Position numbers and translations under genes: made by a program
Assembly: GCA_000004985.1 (NCBI GenBank)
Contig: GG738846.1
DNA: 64,000 bases
Source of the DNA: Naegleria gruberi
Taxonomy: Eukaryota
Reading direction: 5' to 3' (one strand)
Part shown: positions 29,398 to 42,187 of the stretch, one piece after another
Position numbering within the stretch: the stretch's first letter is position 1
How the letters are laid out: each line of letters starts with the position of its first letter
The notes under the pieces: model-generated
What the model was told of the DNA's origin: nothing
The model's database searches: none
The model's input: only the letters and a program-made list of their open reading frames with translations

Positions 29398-32112
29398 TTA
29401 TGTTTTCTCATGATAACTCCACACATAATTCCACTTCTTCAAATTGGCCACTCTGTTTCCCAGTTTCATCATTCTTTTGTTGAACTTTCCAATGCGGCTT
29501 GTTCGTTCTTTTTTGGTTTCCTTCTCTGGAGTTCTGAATGACATCTTTACCATGTTGTGCTCTAATTCTATGTGGCGTTTAATTGGAGAAGATTGATCAT
29601 TAATGAACTCTTCTATTCTTCTAGTTGTGAGATTACCTTTAATTTCCTCAATTTTGGTTGGTTCTTGTTGTTGTCTTTGTTTAATCCATTTTACTATTTG
29701 ATTATCTAAAAATTGGTGAGGATCAAGAACCATTTCTCTCAAGTTTGAATATCCACATCTCACAATGGATGGAATGGTATTTGGTTTTACTGATGGATAC
29801 CAAATATGGATCTTGATGGTTGGGATTGTTTTCAATTGGTTCACTAAATTCTTAATTTCTTGATTACTTGTTGATTCATTCTTGTAGCTTTGAAAATATT
29901 TATCAATGTCTAATTGAGCCAATGACTTTTTCATTTCTTCTTGACCTACACATGTATCACTATATTTGATAGAGAATTCTACCATAACTATTGTGGAATA
30001 ATTGTTAAATTCTTGAAAGCTCAAAAAATCTTGATGAGCTGAATTTGGAAGTCTTATCAATCTGTTCAGGTAGAGTTTTTGCTCCTCTGTTATGATCATC
30101 TTGTTATCATTAACATTGGTACAAACTTCAACACATTTCCATAGATAGGAAAGCATGTCCTCGTCTACATTCTTAATCAAGCCAAATCGATTCAAAGATA
30201 GAGGCTTAAATTTAAGATCATGAGATTCTAATATGATTTGATCCATCTCTCCTGAATTTAACAACTTGAGTGCTTTCAAAGAATTTACACTTGTCAACCG
30301 CTTGTTGAACATTAAGTTCAAAACAACTAACCATTCAAATATACCACCAAAACTTGGCCCTCCAAATAATGTTGGATATCTGGTTATTCTTTTTTGTATT
30401 TCAGAGAAAAATAATGAACTATCTCTACAAAATTCAAAGAGGGTGTCGATTAATACTTGTTCATCTAAAAGACTAACTAAATAAGTACCATCTTCATTAC
30501 GCTCAATCTCACACATTCCAACTGGTATCCAACTTGGATCTATAGTACATATCTTGTTCTCTCCTTCTCCTCTTAATTGAATTGATAGGTGCCTAATAAT
30601 TAAATCACTCACTCCATCCCAAAATATCTGACTATAGATTGAAAGCTTTTGACGTAGGAATTGAGTTAGGTCATTACGAAAAGTATCTAATGTTACCAGA
30701 GCTGCTGATTTAACATTTTTACAACTAAATAAATTCTTAATGAAAGTAAAGAATATTCTTTTTCTACCCAGAAATTGATGAATTAAGTGAATGTCAGTAA
30801 GTTCTGAAATAACCTTCTTTGATTGATTGATCATGAATTTTAAAAGTGATTCAATATTGCCTCGATTAATGGAATCAAACTTGCTTGGCATCATTCTAAT
30901 ATTCACTCTCTTTCCCAATAATGACAAATATTGATCTACATAACGCTGATCAAAACTGGTGCCTGCTATGCCAACATATATCGGTTGAAGTTTAGTGACC
31001 TCTCTGACAATGAAATGTTGTAAATTTCTAAATTGATTACATTCATAATCAAAAATATCCAAAAGAGATTTGTTAGAAGTATTCAAAATCTCATCTAAAC
31101 CAAAACCAACATCTTTTCCATACTCATCCTTAATACTACCAATTAACATTCGGTTATAGTTTATGAAATAGGCCAAATCAGTTTCCCAAGGACTAAGCTC
31201 ACTCAAAATTTCAGCATAAATATAGCTGATACATTTCAAGTACCCATTTAATTGGTATTCTAGAAATTCGGTCGATGTCAAATACTTGTTGACCTTCAAG
31301 AGGGACCTTAAGTAAAGCAACCGTGCCAGTATAAATACTTGAATTTCATTGAACACAACAACATTTTTTGCTACATCTGTTCTCAAGCTTCTAATTCTCT
31401 TAGCTAAAAGGTTGTAACAAGGATCTATTATTTGGGTTAAATCAGGAGAACTAAAGTCAGAAAATAAATTAGATTCAGGAGCCAAAATCATGTAAATCAA
31501 AAAGTAGTCCTGGTGTACACTTCTTGACAACATTTTGAAGGTTTTTCCCTTCCCAGAAACACCCAAAAGCATCTCAACATTGACACTTTTGTCAAAGAGA
31601 GTCTCTTTTTTAATGTTGTTCAATAAATCGGGAGTTGTTAAATGTTTATACATGCCAAATAATTCAGGACGAATCGAACCTTGATAAATAGGCAAGCCAC
31701 ATTTTGAATTGTAATATCTACCCATTAATTTCTGTTGTTGGGCAGAATCCAAATAGGTTGGCTTTGTGATAGTGGAAACAACATTATCAGCAATTCTTTG
31801 CAATGTTGCTACAGAAACAAACCGATGGTTACGCTTAACTTTTTCTATAGCGTCCTTATAGAGGCTTGAGAAATCGGGTGAGTTTAATTGTCTTTCTTCT
31901 ACAAATTCAATTGTATTGTTGTAGATAAGTACACTCTCGGGAACACCTTTCTGGTTGAGGCTAGAATGATCCTTAATGAAGTCTTCATGAGGAGCAGAAA
32001 TTGGCATCGGCATTTTTTGCTGTTCTCTAGCCTTATCTTGAGTGCTACTAACACCTGCTTCACCTTGAGGTGTTGAACTAATGTCTCCCAATTTTTGATG
32101 GGAAGAGTTCAT
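29398..32112 (-). CDS. Orphan 904-aa protein with a Walker-A P-loop (putative NTPase), single exon
   Basis: ATG verified at 32110-32112. GVSGKGKT Walker A near residue 185. Possible Walker-B-like VVVFNE. No other recognisable family signature. Confidence 0.5.
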   Translation of the reverse strand: MNSSHQKLGDISSTPQGEAGVSSTQDKAREQQKMPMPISAPHEDFIKDHSSLNQKGVPESVLIYNNTIEFVEERQLNSPDFSSLYKDAIEKVKRNHRFVSVATLQRIADNVVSTITKPTYLDSAQQQKLMGRYYNSKCGLPIYQGSIRPELFGMYKHLTTPDLLNNIKKETLFDKSVNVEMLLGVSGKGKTFKMLSRSVHQDYFLIYMILAPESNLFSDFSSPDLTQIIDPCYNLLAKRIRSLRTDVAKNVVVFNEIQVFILARLLYLRSLLKVNKYLTSTEFLEYQLNGYLKCISYIYAEILSELSPWETDLAYFINYNRMLIGSIKDEYGKDVGFGLDEILNTSNKSLLDIFDYECNQFRNLQHFIVREVTKLQPIYVGIAGTSFDQRYVDQYLSLLGKRVNIRMMPSKFDSINRGNIESLLKFMINQSKKVISELTDIHLIHQFLGRKRIFFTFIKNLFSCKNVKSAALVTLDTFRNDLTQFLRQKLSIYSQIFWDGVSDLIIRHLSIQLRGEGENKICTIDPSWIPVGMCEIERNEDGTYLVSLLDEQVLIDTLFEFCRDSSLFFSEIQKRITRYPTLFGGPSFGGIFEWLVVLNLMFNKRLTSVNSLKALKLLNSGEMDQIILESHDLKFKPLSLNRFGLIKNVDEDMLSYLWKCVEVCTNVNDNKMIITEEQKLYLNRLIRLPNSAHQDFLSFQEFNNYSTIVMVEFSIKYSDTCVGQEEMKKSLAQLDIDKYFQSYKNESTSNQEIKNLVNQLKTIPTIKIHIWYPSVKPNTIPSIVRCGYSNLREMVLDPHQFLDNQIVKWIKQRQQQEPTKIEEIKGNLTTRRIEEFINDQSSPIKRHIELEHNMVKMSFRTPEKETKKERTSRIGKFNKRMMKLGNRVANLKKWNYVWSYHEKT

Positions 32113-32491
32113 AACGTAATTTTTTTCACAAGTATTGAGTTTCGGTAATTTCGATTCCCCTTGAATATTCCTCTACAATCAGTTATTTAAATTCTTTGAA
32201 TATTCAACTAGCAAATTACTGTCAAGTGAGCAATGTGTCGTATTTGAAAGCCGTACAAACTGGATAATACTTTTTTGAAGTTATTCCATCCCATTTAATA
32301 TTTGGTACATTTCGAAAAGAAAAAAAGACTCTCCAACCTCAGTACTGATGTGGTACTAATGACCTGTTATTCTCTCATCAAAGAACAATCCCTTCACAAC
32401 AATAAAGCCATTCCAGAGAGCGGTATTACAAAAGATTACTCCAAATGAAATGAACAGGCGGTTCTCCAATTCTCTTCTACTAGCCCACATA

Positions 32492-35404
32492 CTATCGACG
32501 TTTGTTTTTGAAAAGAGATGAACCTCCACTCGAAACTACCTTCTTTTTTGAGGAACTGTTGTTAGTTTTTGTAGAAGTTGATTTGGTGGATTGTTTAGAG
32601 GAGGAGGATGCCTTTTCTAATTTCTTTTGAGCTTCCTGTTTCCTCTTTTCTTCCTTTTCAATTAGAAAGATCTGCAGCTTTGAACATGTTTCACGTAAAT
32701 TGTCAATTCCTAGTTGATTTTGAATATGGTCCCATATTTGTTGTTGGTGGTATGGAGTATTAAATAGTTCAAGAATGGTGGTATTTAGTTCTCTAAGTGA
32801 TTTGGTCAACTTGGTGAGATAATCATCTTCTCCAATATCTTCATCTTGAACTAATTCCTTAACGTCTTGAACAATATTTCTCAAATCATCTTGGTATCGC
32901 AATTCAATATCATCGATTGTGTAGAGTGGTTTGAGAGAATTCAAAAAGTCTGCATGCTTATCACATCCTTCATCGAGTATCTTTTTGAATTGATCATCTG
33001 AATAGTACTTGGATATTGTTAACAGCAAATCAAATTCTCTCACTTTGAAATCTTGAACATTTAAAGTGAATGTATAAAATGAGCATTGCTCACCAGTACT
33101 TTCGTTAATTAAATTGCAAAGCTCGCTCAACTTTTCAAATAGGAACTGATTCTTATATGTTGCTTTTAACATATTCCAATCCCTGTTTTTCAAATCATTG
33201 AGAATATAATTTTCATTAGGATAGTTTCTGAAAACATCTATCAACATTTCAATATCATGATTGGAATACCATTCAAAAACATTATGAATATTCAAATCTA
33301 TAAAATTATTCTTATAGTCGTATTCAGTCCAGGACTGTTTGATTAATGTTGAAACAGAGTAATAATCCTTATGCTTCTTCTTTTGTAAAATTGATTTTAG
33401 CTCTTTTTGTTTCAATTTGCTCATAATGTTCATGTTATAATAATCATAGTCAATTGAATTTTGATTAACATTTGAATTCACCCTGGTAGACATGGCAAGT
33501 TTTTCCTGTGTATATTTTAGCACCAAGTCCTCAATAGACTTTTGAATTAAAAATTTGTAGACATAGACTGTTTTGGTTTGTCCAATTCTATGGCAACGAT
33601 TGGTTGCTTGCTCGTCTGCATGTGGATTCCATGTAATGTCATATTCAATGACAACATTGGCCGAGATCAAGTTTAACCCAACCCCTCCAGCTTTTGTACT
33701 CAGAAGGAATACAAAGTCTTGTGAATTTTCATGTTGAAATGACTCCACAGCCTCTGTTCTTTCACTCTTAGTATTACTTCCATCAAATCTTTGATATTTG
33801 TATTCTTTTAACATTAAATAATACTCAAGAAAGTCCAAAGTTGTAGTATATTGACTGAATATTACAACCTTATTACCTTCTCCATAGTGTTTTTCCAATA
33901 AATAATCCAAAACTATTAATTTGCTACTAGAGTTGATAATTTTTGAAATTAAATGTTCTCTACAAGAAATAGTAGAAAGGAATTTCTTGTAATATCTTGT
34001 AGAATAAATAGGGTTATTGACTGAATCCTCTTCAGTCAATGTGCTGGTTGGAGCAACAGAAAATTGATCCAACAGATAAATAAATGGATGATTGGCAACC
34101 TTGATAGAATCTGAAACAAATGCCAGAGCATCATCCTTTTCGTATCTATTTCTCACATCTTCAAATGTTTCAATTTGAAGTGGTGTTGGTTCCAAAACCA
34201 AAAAATATTCCTCCTTTGGTTTGATAACACCAGCCAGAACTGATTCCTTAGTTCTCCTTAGCATGATATTTCTCATTATTTTCCCAAATCTGGTTTCGTC
34301 CTCCTGACAAATATGTCTAAATTCTTTAAAAGATCCAAACCCAGAGTCTTTCTTTAGGAATGTTATCAGTGAATAAAATTCTTTCAAATTATTTTGAAAA
34401 GGAGTACCAGTCAATAGTAAGAATGAATCGGTGCTGAGTTGACTCATTTTCTTGTATATTTTCCTCTTACTATCCGAAAGAAAATGGGCTTCATCCACCA
34501 CTACATATTTCCAAAATATTTTTGATAATAGTACTTGTTTACCGACAGTCTCTTTTGTTGTAAGGACGACATTGGGGAGTAAGTATCTGGCATTTGCTTC
34601 TTCTGAAAACATACAATATTTCTCTAAAGCTCGTTTTCTTGTTATGCCTCCGTGGTAGGTTATTATTTCAATGTGATCCAATTTCCAAGTTTTGAACTCA
34701 TTTTCCCATGTAGAGAGGACTGAGAGAGGTACAACAATTAAGAATGGTCCCTTAATTTTCTTATACTTGATTAGATAATTAATTGTAGATACAACTTGAA
34801 CTGTTTTTCCAATACCCTTTTTCGAATTAATATTTAGAAATGCTCAAATGTGGAAACATACCATATCATCTGCCAAAATTACATTATTTCTTTCAAAATA
34901 ATTTTTCAATAACCAAACAATCCCTTCTTTTTGATGTTTGTAGAGGGACAAGTTAGAACTTTCTGGATATAATTCAGAGTGAATATCAATATTCAAATCA
35001 GTCTCCTCATAAGATATTGGCTCCTTTGAAATGTACTCCTCTGCTGGATATTTGTTTTTAATTCTATCTGTGTATTGAGTTATCATTTCCTCGGTAATAC
35101 TATACTCCGACCTAGTTTGTTCATTATTCATTAATTCCACAATCTTGTTCGATTTTGTGAAAATTGTGATGCATCTATTTTCTATTTTCAATATTGTGTC
35201 CACTAATTTACTTTTATCAATGGTTGAATCTTCATTTTCTTCACCAACCATTTCTTCTTGCATTAATTCCTCATCACTTTCTTCGTCATCTGATTGAACC
35301 TTTCTTCGTTTCGTGCTGTCTTCCGAATCCGAATCTGTTTGATTTAACTCTTCGGGTGGGAGCATTAAACTGTCATTGCCGAGAGAATTTGCTTTTCGTT
35401 TCAT
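32492..35404 (-). CDS. SNF2/SWI2-family DNA-dependent ATPase (helicase-like). 2 exons: about 34810-35404 and 32492-34700.
   Basis: Motifs LYKHQKEGIVWL, ILADDM, a split GxGKT motif across the intron (...VCFHI | GKTVQVVSTINYL), DEAH (VVVDEAHFL), LLTGTPFQNN, helicase-C LLSTKAGGVGLNL..ATNRCHRIGQTK. Acidic N-terminus. ~330-aa C-terminal extension. Confidence 0.8.
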
Positions 35405-35416
35405 TTTTTTTGAAAA

Positions 35417-35426
35417 TTTGGCGCCA
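35417..35426. promoter_or_regulatory. E2F-like site TTTGGCGCCA about 13 bp upstream of the SNF2 gene ATG
   Basis: tttggcgcca; TTTGGCGC is a perfect TTTSSCGC match. Confidence 0.35.
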
Positions 35427-35644
35427 GTTTGGTTCTAATTTTTGCTTGACTCTGTTAAAATAACACTAGTTGACCTTTTATTGGTCTTATTGTTAATTCA
35501 GTGAAATTATTCAGCTTTAACTATTCAAATTGCTCTGAGTATTTTTAGTATTCCAAGATCTTGGAATTGACAATCATAGGAATTATCTTCTCACCAGTGG
35601 AACAAAAATTCATCATGTTCCTGTTTCGTTCATCAAATAATCTT

Positions 35645-36121
35645 CTACAATTCATCATCATCAATTAAATTTTCATCATCATCAACCCAAAAGTCTTCAT
35701 CATCTTCTTCATCTCCTTCATCATTTTCCTCTTCATCGGAAGCTGCTCCTCTTGTACGTTCTCTGAGTTGGAGGAATCTCTTCTCCTCCAGTGAACCTAG
35801 TAGAGTGGTTTGATTCTTCTTGGTTGGGAATGAAGAAGGAGAACATTGTTGTGTTTTAAAATCCAAGCCAGCATATTTGCGTAATTGATTGTATTTTAAT
35901 CGGTAAATGCTTTCACCTGTTGAGAGTGATACAAGTTGGAGATTGGAGTTTGAACTGATACTCCTTTTAATTTCATTCTTTAATATTGTGGTTTCATAAG
36001 ATGCTGGAATTCTTGTAGAGAAGGCTGGTGGACAGGATGTATCGTCAATGGTTGCAGTCAAATTTTGGCTCATCGGATCATTTAATGATGAAATAAAATC
36101 GTCTTCTTCGTCTCTTATCAT
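35645..36121 (-). CDS. Hypothetical protein with an acidic tail (158 aa)
   Basis: ORF with a D/E-rich C-terminus (DEEENDEGDEEDDEDFWVDDDENLIDDDEL). Confidence 0.4.
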   Translation of the reverse strand: MIRDEEDDFISSLNDPMSQNLTATIDDTSCPPAFSTRIPASYETTILKNEIKRSISSNSNLQLVSLSTGESIYRLKYNQLRKYAGLDFKTQQCSPSSFPTKKNQTTLLGSLEEKRFLQLRERTRGAASDEEENDEGDEEDDEDFWVDDDENLIDDDEL

Positions 36122-36201
36122 TTTTTAATAATAAAAAAATTAAATCTATTCATAATTTATTAACAGAATTAAATAAATTAAATAATATTTATAATTACAA
36201 T

Positions 36202-38883
36202 TTACAATTTTGGTCTTGGTGGAGTATTTCTTTCAATGAATTTGGCAGCTGGTCTGTCAGGGTAGAAACGTTCATTATTTTCAGCCATTGAGAGTAAGAG
36301 CTTACTTGGCTTGAATCTGACACTACCATTTGATGAACCATATAAATCTGAAAGTTCTTTCAATCTCTTGACAATCCATTTAGCTCCCTTAGAGTCAGCA
36401 TATTGAAGTAGACCACCTCTGAATGGTGCAAAACCAGTGCCAAAGATCATACCCATATCAATATCTTGAGCTGTTTCAGCAACTCCTTCCTCTAAAATAA
36501 GACATGCTTCATTGACCATAAGCAATACACAACGATCAATGATTTCTTCTGGTGGGAATTTACGACGAAGCTTTGGATCATAACCTGGGAAGACTTGCAA
36601 AACATCAGGATTGATATCTCCCTTCTTTACCTTTTCAGCATGTTCTCCATAAAGGAAGATACCCTTTCCAACCTTCTTACCTAATAATTTAGCATCGACC
36701 AATTTCTTCAAATCAAAGAGAGAATTACCACTTGTTTCAGTAAATCTTTGACCAAGAACTCTCAGAGTTTCTCCAGAGTGATAAGCAACATCAGTACCAA
36801 CTTCATCCAATAATCTGAATGGACCCATTGGCATACCAAATTGCTCAACCATTACCTTATCAATTTGTTGAATTTCACCACCATCATTAATCAAACGACC
36901 TGCTTCAGTCATATAGATACCCAAAATTCTATTTACAATAAATCCAGGACCATCATGACATACAATTGGAATCTTACCCAAGTCGAGTGCCAATTTGTAA
37001 ATGGTTGCAACAGTTTCATCTGAAGTTTGCTTTCCACGAATAATTTCTACGAGTGGCATCTTGTGAACTGGATTGAAAAAGTGCATACCAACAACCAAAT
37101 CTGGATGTTTAGAAACTGTAGCCAATTCATTGATAGAAAGGGTAGAAGTATTGGTAGCAAAAATAACATTTCCAGAACTGGCAAAAGATTTTTCACATTC
37201 CAATAAAATCTTCTTCTTGAGATCCATGTTTTCTACGGCAGCCTCAATGACAACTTGAATACTGGAAGAGTTGTCAGATTTTGGATATTCAGTACCTCCA
37301 GAAACAAGCTTGATTCTGAAAAGAGCTTCCTCTCTTGACATTCTTCCCTTCTTTACATAGTCGTCCATGAAAATTCTCTCAACAATATTCATTCCATTCT
37401 TTACAAATTCAGGTTTGATATCCTTCATAAATATTGGATAATTTTTGTGTGCAAAAAGTTGGGCGATACCACTACCCATAACACCAGCACCAATCACAGC
37501 AACAGATGGAGCAACAGTTCCTGCCTTCTTGGCAGATGTTGGATCATAGGTTACCTTTGTGACTTGTTTCAATTTGTTCAATTTTCCAAATCTCTTCTTC
37601 CAATTCTTGGCATTTTCACGCATAAAGAAGACTGACATTAAATTCTTTGATTCAGCAGTAACTGCCATCTTGCCAAATAATTGTCTTTCCATAAGTAATG
37701 CTCTTCCATTAGACATACCAGATTTAGTGGAATTATAAACAGATTGCAAAGCAGAGTATGGAGCTGGATATTTGCCACGAGTTGTCTTGTCAAGATTTGA
37801 AAGAGCCATTTGAGCAACAAATTTACGTCCAATGAAATTACCTTCCAACAACTTGTCTTGAATTGTTTTTGGAACATATTTAGCAACTGATGGTTGTTTG
37901 TCAACTGTTTTTGCTCCAGCAAAATTTCTACAAGCTGAAAGGAATCTAAATTCATTTTCAATTCTATCTTGATATGGAATAATGACATCCACAATATTTG
38001 CCTTTTTAGCACGAGTAGCTGAGAGAGTCTTTCCAGGTAAAATCAATTCCAAACTCTTTTGTAAACCAACCAATTTACTCATACGAACTGTACCACCAGC
38101 ACCTGGAATCACTCCTAGCATGACTTCAGGCAAACCAACAGTTGTACTCTTATGATCACTGGCTAATCTGTGAGTTGTGGCAAGACATAGTTCAAATCCA
38201 CCACCAAGTGCAGGTCCATGAATGCAACTCAATGTTGGTACTCCAAGACTGGCCAATTTATCCATAGCATCTTGACCATACTTGGCTGCTTTTTCTGCAG
38301 ATTTCTCATCCAAGTTTGGATACATCATATTAATATCGGCTCCTACACAGAAACTATTATTCTTTGCTGATGTGATCAAGAGTGACTTGATTTTCTTTGT
38401 TTTAATACGAGCATCAATAACTTCCAAAATTGATTTGATATCGGAAATGAATTGTCCATCAATAACATTGACTCCAACCAATTCACCTTTAGTAGTTTTT
38501 AATGTTTCCAATATTTCATTCTCACTTTTAATTGTTTTTTCATTTTCTAATAATATTCAATTATTATTAATTGAACAAATTAAAATTAAATTAATTTGTT
38601 AGTTGACAAAAGACGATCAATTACTTAGTAATGAATCAGTGGAAATAAACTTACTAGCATCACCAACTTTTAAAAACTTTTGATTCAGTACAAGCCATCC
38701 CAATGTATCAGAATCAACAAATAAATCAAAACACAAGTTTGTATAATATTCAGTTATTCTTCCACTCTCGGAAAGTAAATACTTTTCTGTTGGTGAAGAC
38801 ACTTGTATATTCAAAGCTTGAAGAATTGGATGTTGTATATTTCTATACAGTGTTGATGAGACTGGTTCTTGTTGTCCTTGCAT
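36202..38883 (-). CDS. Fatty-acid beta-oxidation multifunctional enzyme (enoyl-CoA hydratase plus 3-hydroxyacyl-CoA dehydrogenase, FadB/MFE-1-like). 2 exons: about 38624-38883 and 36202-38525.
   Basis: Hydratase fold in exon 1 and the start of exon 2 (DTLGWLVLNQ...; FCVGADINMM). Rossmann VAVIGAGVMGSGIAQ and the 3HCDH region. Intron gtaagtttatttcc...attag keeps frame. The track start at 38511 is TTG; the real N-terminal exon is the 38617-38886 ORF. C-terminal ..PKL. Confidence 0.8.
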
Positions 38884-39666
38884 CACTATTTTAAATAATC
38901 GGATAGGAAATGATGTTATTGTTTTTGAGTGCAGCCATCAATGATGAATAATATATTATTTGCTTAAAATTCTCCACTCTGAGCAAACCACATACCTTTT
39001 GATTCTTTTTTATGCTTGGAAATTTATTTTATGAGAGGAGAAAAACTTCAATCCGACCAAACAAATTAATTTTCCTTCCAGCTATGAACTTATCGATAGG
39101 ATTATTGTTTGAAAGCAATCGATCACAAGAAGAAAATAAAATGTAAAATGGGGTTCAATTATTATTAACTAAAAATCGCCTACATTGCATAATCAGGTAA
39201 AGAAGACCTCTTAATAATCACTGACTCGTCATACAAGTTGTTGAGTTAAATATGCGGGATAAGTTTTCATCATCAAGACATTCTCCACTATTTAACAACT
39301 CTTTGCATCTTAAAAATGCCATTTAATAAAATGCTTTTGGTTCCAAGATAAAAATGAATTTTTTCTTCTAAGAATATCGGCTGCATTATAACCTTTGATT
39401 CATGAAAATCATAAACAATAATTGATAATAATATTAATGGTCGTGAAACCTCTTAAATGTCTCCTATCACTCTACGATTCACATCAAAAAAAAATATGTT
39501 CATTCGAAATATCTTTTCCTCCAAGTCACTCTCAAAAAGTGGTAAGTGTGTGTTACTTGCAAGTTGTTGAGAATGACCCAACAACTACTTCTTGCTGATA
39601 ACTTTTCAACTGTGAATTAAATGTTATTCAATTTGAATTGATCGGAAATTTGACTTCTTCACAGCC

Positions 39667-41128
39667 TTGTCTGATGTGGTCGATGAAGAAATGTCGGATG
39701 ATGTTCAACCACAACAAATACCACAACCTGTTAAGAAGACTAAACCTATTGAAGATGCTCATGTTACCACTTGTTTATATTTTACAAATCAATTATTCGA
39801 TTCGTCTGATTTAATTGAAGAAACTGATTCGAAACCAATTGCAATGGGTGAAGTTTACTATTGTACAGATCAATATCCGGAAGATAAATTATCATACAAG
39901 GAATTAGATGCGAGGGATATTTTCGTCCAAAAATTGAAATATTTAAAATGTGAAAAGAAGAATCCAAGACAATTAGAAACTATTGCACAAGATTGTGTTT
40001 TAAAAGAACGTTTTAAACGTAGATTTTTATATAGAAATAGAGGTTTATCTGATACTCAATCCAAAGGTGATTGTGTTTTGAGTATTGGTATTGGTGTTGT
40101 TGCTGTTAATGATCATTTTCAACATCGAGTTTTGGAAAAATATCCAAATGAGGAAAATGGTCCATTCTTTCAATTAGTTCCTGTTGTGGGCAATAGATAT
40201 TTTGCATGGAATGATTCATCCATTATTAGTATGTATTTATTATTTTTAATAATGTTATATTTATTATTAATTTTATTTTATCATTTATTTAATAATAATG
40301 GATAAATATAGCTGTTGGACATAAGGTTAAGGCAGAAGTAACGACATTGGTTGATTTGGTAAAATTAGTCAACCAAGAACAAGTTGAGAAAATATTTAAT
40401 GATGTTGCAGAGGAGTGTTGTTATTGGAATTTGGAAAAATTATTTTGTTTTGATACCAATAATTCTTATCACTGTATGTTTCAAAGATATATTTCAAAGA
40501 TATTTATTAATCAAAATTATTTTCATACTAAATTTAATGCAGTTTTGAAAATTTTCCTTTCAAGAATATTATTATCAATTTCTCAACTTGCCAACACAAA
40601 TGATGAGCAGAGAATTATTTCCAAAAAATCCATTGATGAAATTATTGAAACCAAACTAACATACAGTATCAAGACATATGTCAGAGAATTTGTAGAACCG
40701 AGAGGTTTCTCCAGGGCAATTATTCCCCTCTCGCATAAGGTCAAACCATTTGCTCCTGATTTGTTGAATCAATTTGGATCTGATTATAAACCACTCGTTC
40801 AACAACAGGGTGCCAATACACTCACATTACCAATTTTATTCACCTCAGAGGAACAGTTATGCATTTATAAAAAGATTGTGGAAAGTAACATGTCAACCTA
40901 TTTCATGAGTGATGGAATTCAAGAGTTTCGTTTCTGGAATGTAAGTTTAACAATGACTTGTTATTTCCTTACGATATCATGTTAATATTATGCTTAAAAC
41001 AATTAGTGTTTGAGGAGAAAATTTTGTGTGGACAAGAGTGCTCCAGAAAATAATGGAGTATTGCAAATCATATTGAAAGATAAGGCCTTTGACTTGTATG
41101 ATTATATCACACCAAATCCACAGAGATA
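39667..41128 (+). CDS. Hypothetical protein (~465 aa). 3 exons: 39667-40231, about 40318-40949, 41016-41128.
   Basis: Two track ORFs plus a short terminal exon, joined by in-frame introns gtatgtattt...atatag and gtaagtttaac...aattag. No recognisable domain. Confidence 0.5.
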
Positions 41129-41133
41129 GACTT

Positions 41134-42083
41134 TTAAAACTTGATTTCCATTAGAATAGGATAGTGATTCTCTTTAGAATACAGTGGATTTTCTGTTACA
41201 AACGATAGATGTTTCTCAAATGTCCTTTCATCATACCTTTCTTCCAAATTGACAATTGCATTTGGACATTGCTCCTTGAAAATGGCAAGAAAATTGTCCA
41301 AACTTTTGCCTCTCCTTGGATTAAACATGATTACTGTTGCTCCACTCTTTTCTCCAACTCTTTTCAACAGGATTGACAAATCTCTATGGAATGATTCGAA
41401 AAACAAACAATCAGCAGCAAGAATTACATCAAATGAACCAATTTTTTCAATTTCTTTGTCGTCTTGCCATAACAATTGAGAAGAGCTCATATTGGATTTA
41501 AATTCAGTCAAATGTTGCTTGATATTATACTTTAAATTTTCAATCACTGACTCATTACCGTCAGTGAGTACAATTTCCTTAATGGATGGAAATTGTTTGG
41601 CAATCAACAAACCTCCAACTCCCACTCCACATCCAATCTCCAATACTCTCCTATTCTCAAAGAATTCACTTCCTAAATAATTTATACAATAGTGAGCAAG
41701 AATTTCCTCTGATGGCCATACACAAATATTTCCAGTATTATCAACATGATCCTTGTCAGCAATATCCAAATCTTGCATGGTTGTTTCAGTTTTTAAACGA
41801 AGATTGATGCTCAAATTATTTTCCTTCAATGAAAAACAAGCCATTCTGTATCCTTCTTGATGTTGTGGTTGATCATCTACAAAATGCTCGGAAATATAAT
41901 TTTGATCCAACCATCCATAACTTGAGACACATCTAGTAACACTCATTGCCGATTCATTGGATGATTGTTTTTTGAGGAGAAAGTTTTTCAACAATTTCCA
42001 TCTCATTGAGGCTTTTGTATTTTTATCTGGACATGTTGGAACAACCTGTGGCAACAACTGAGCTTCACTATTACTTTGAGGCA
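41134..42083 (-). CDS. SAM-dependent methyltransferase (Methyltransf_16 / METTL21-FAM86-like lysine methyltransferase family)
   Basis: Motif I VLEIGCGVGVGGLLIAK, post-I VLTDGN, motif II FDVILAADCLFF. Likely start MPQSNSEAQ (~42083); the longer track ORF overlaps the neighbouring gene. Confidence 0.6.
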
Positions 42084-42187
42084 TTTTTTGTATTTTTTCA
42101 ACAGCAAATGAACTGAGATTTTGTATGAAATTTGCACAATTTATTGAATTTTCAATTAAAGAGTGTCCTAGAGTTGCAGTTTTAATT

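Noticed and set aside
28329-35404. Reading the SNF2 ATPase, P-loop NTPase and small TM protein as a prokaryote-style defence operon
   Set aside because: The genome is clearly eukaryotic (spliceosomal introns, tRNA, PMCA, VPS18). Gene adjacency does not imply operonic function. Kept only as an orphan-NTPase observation.
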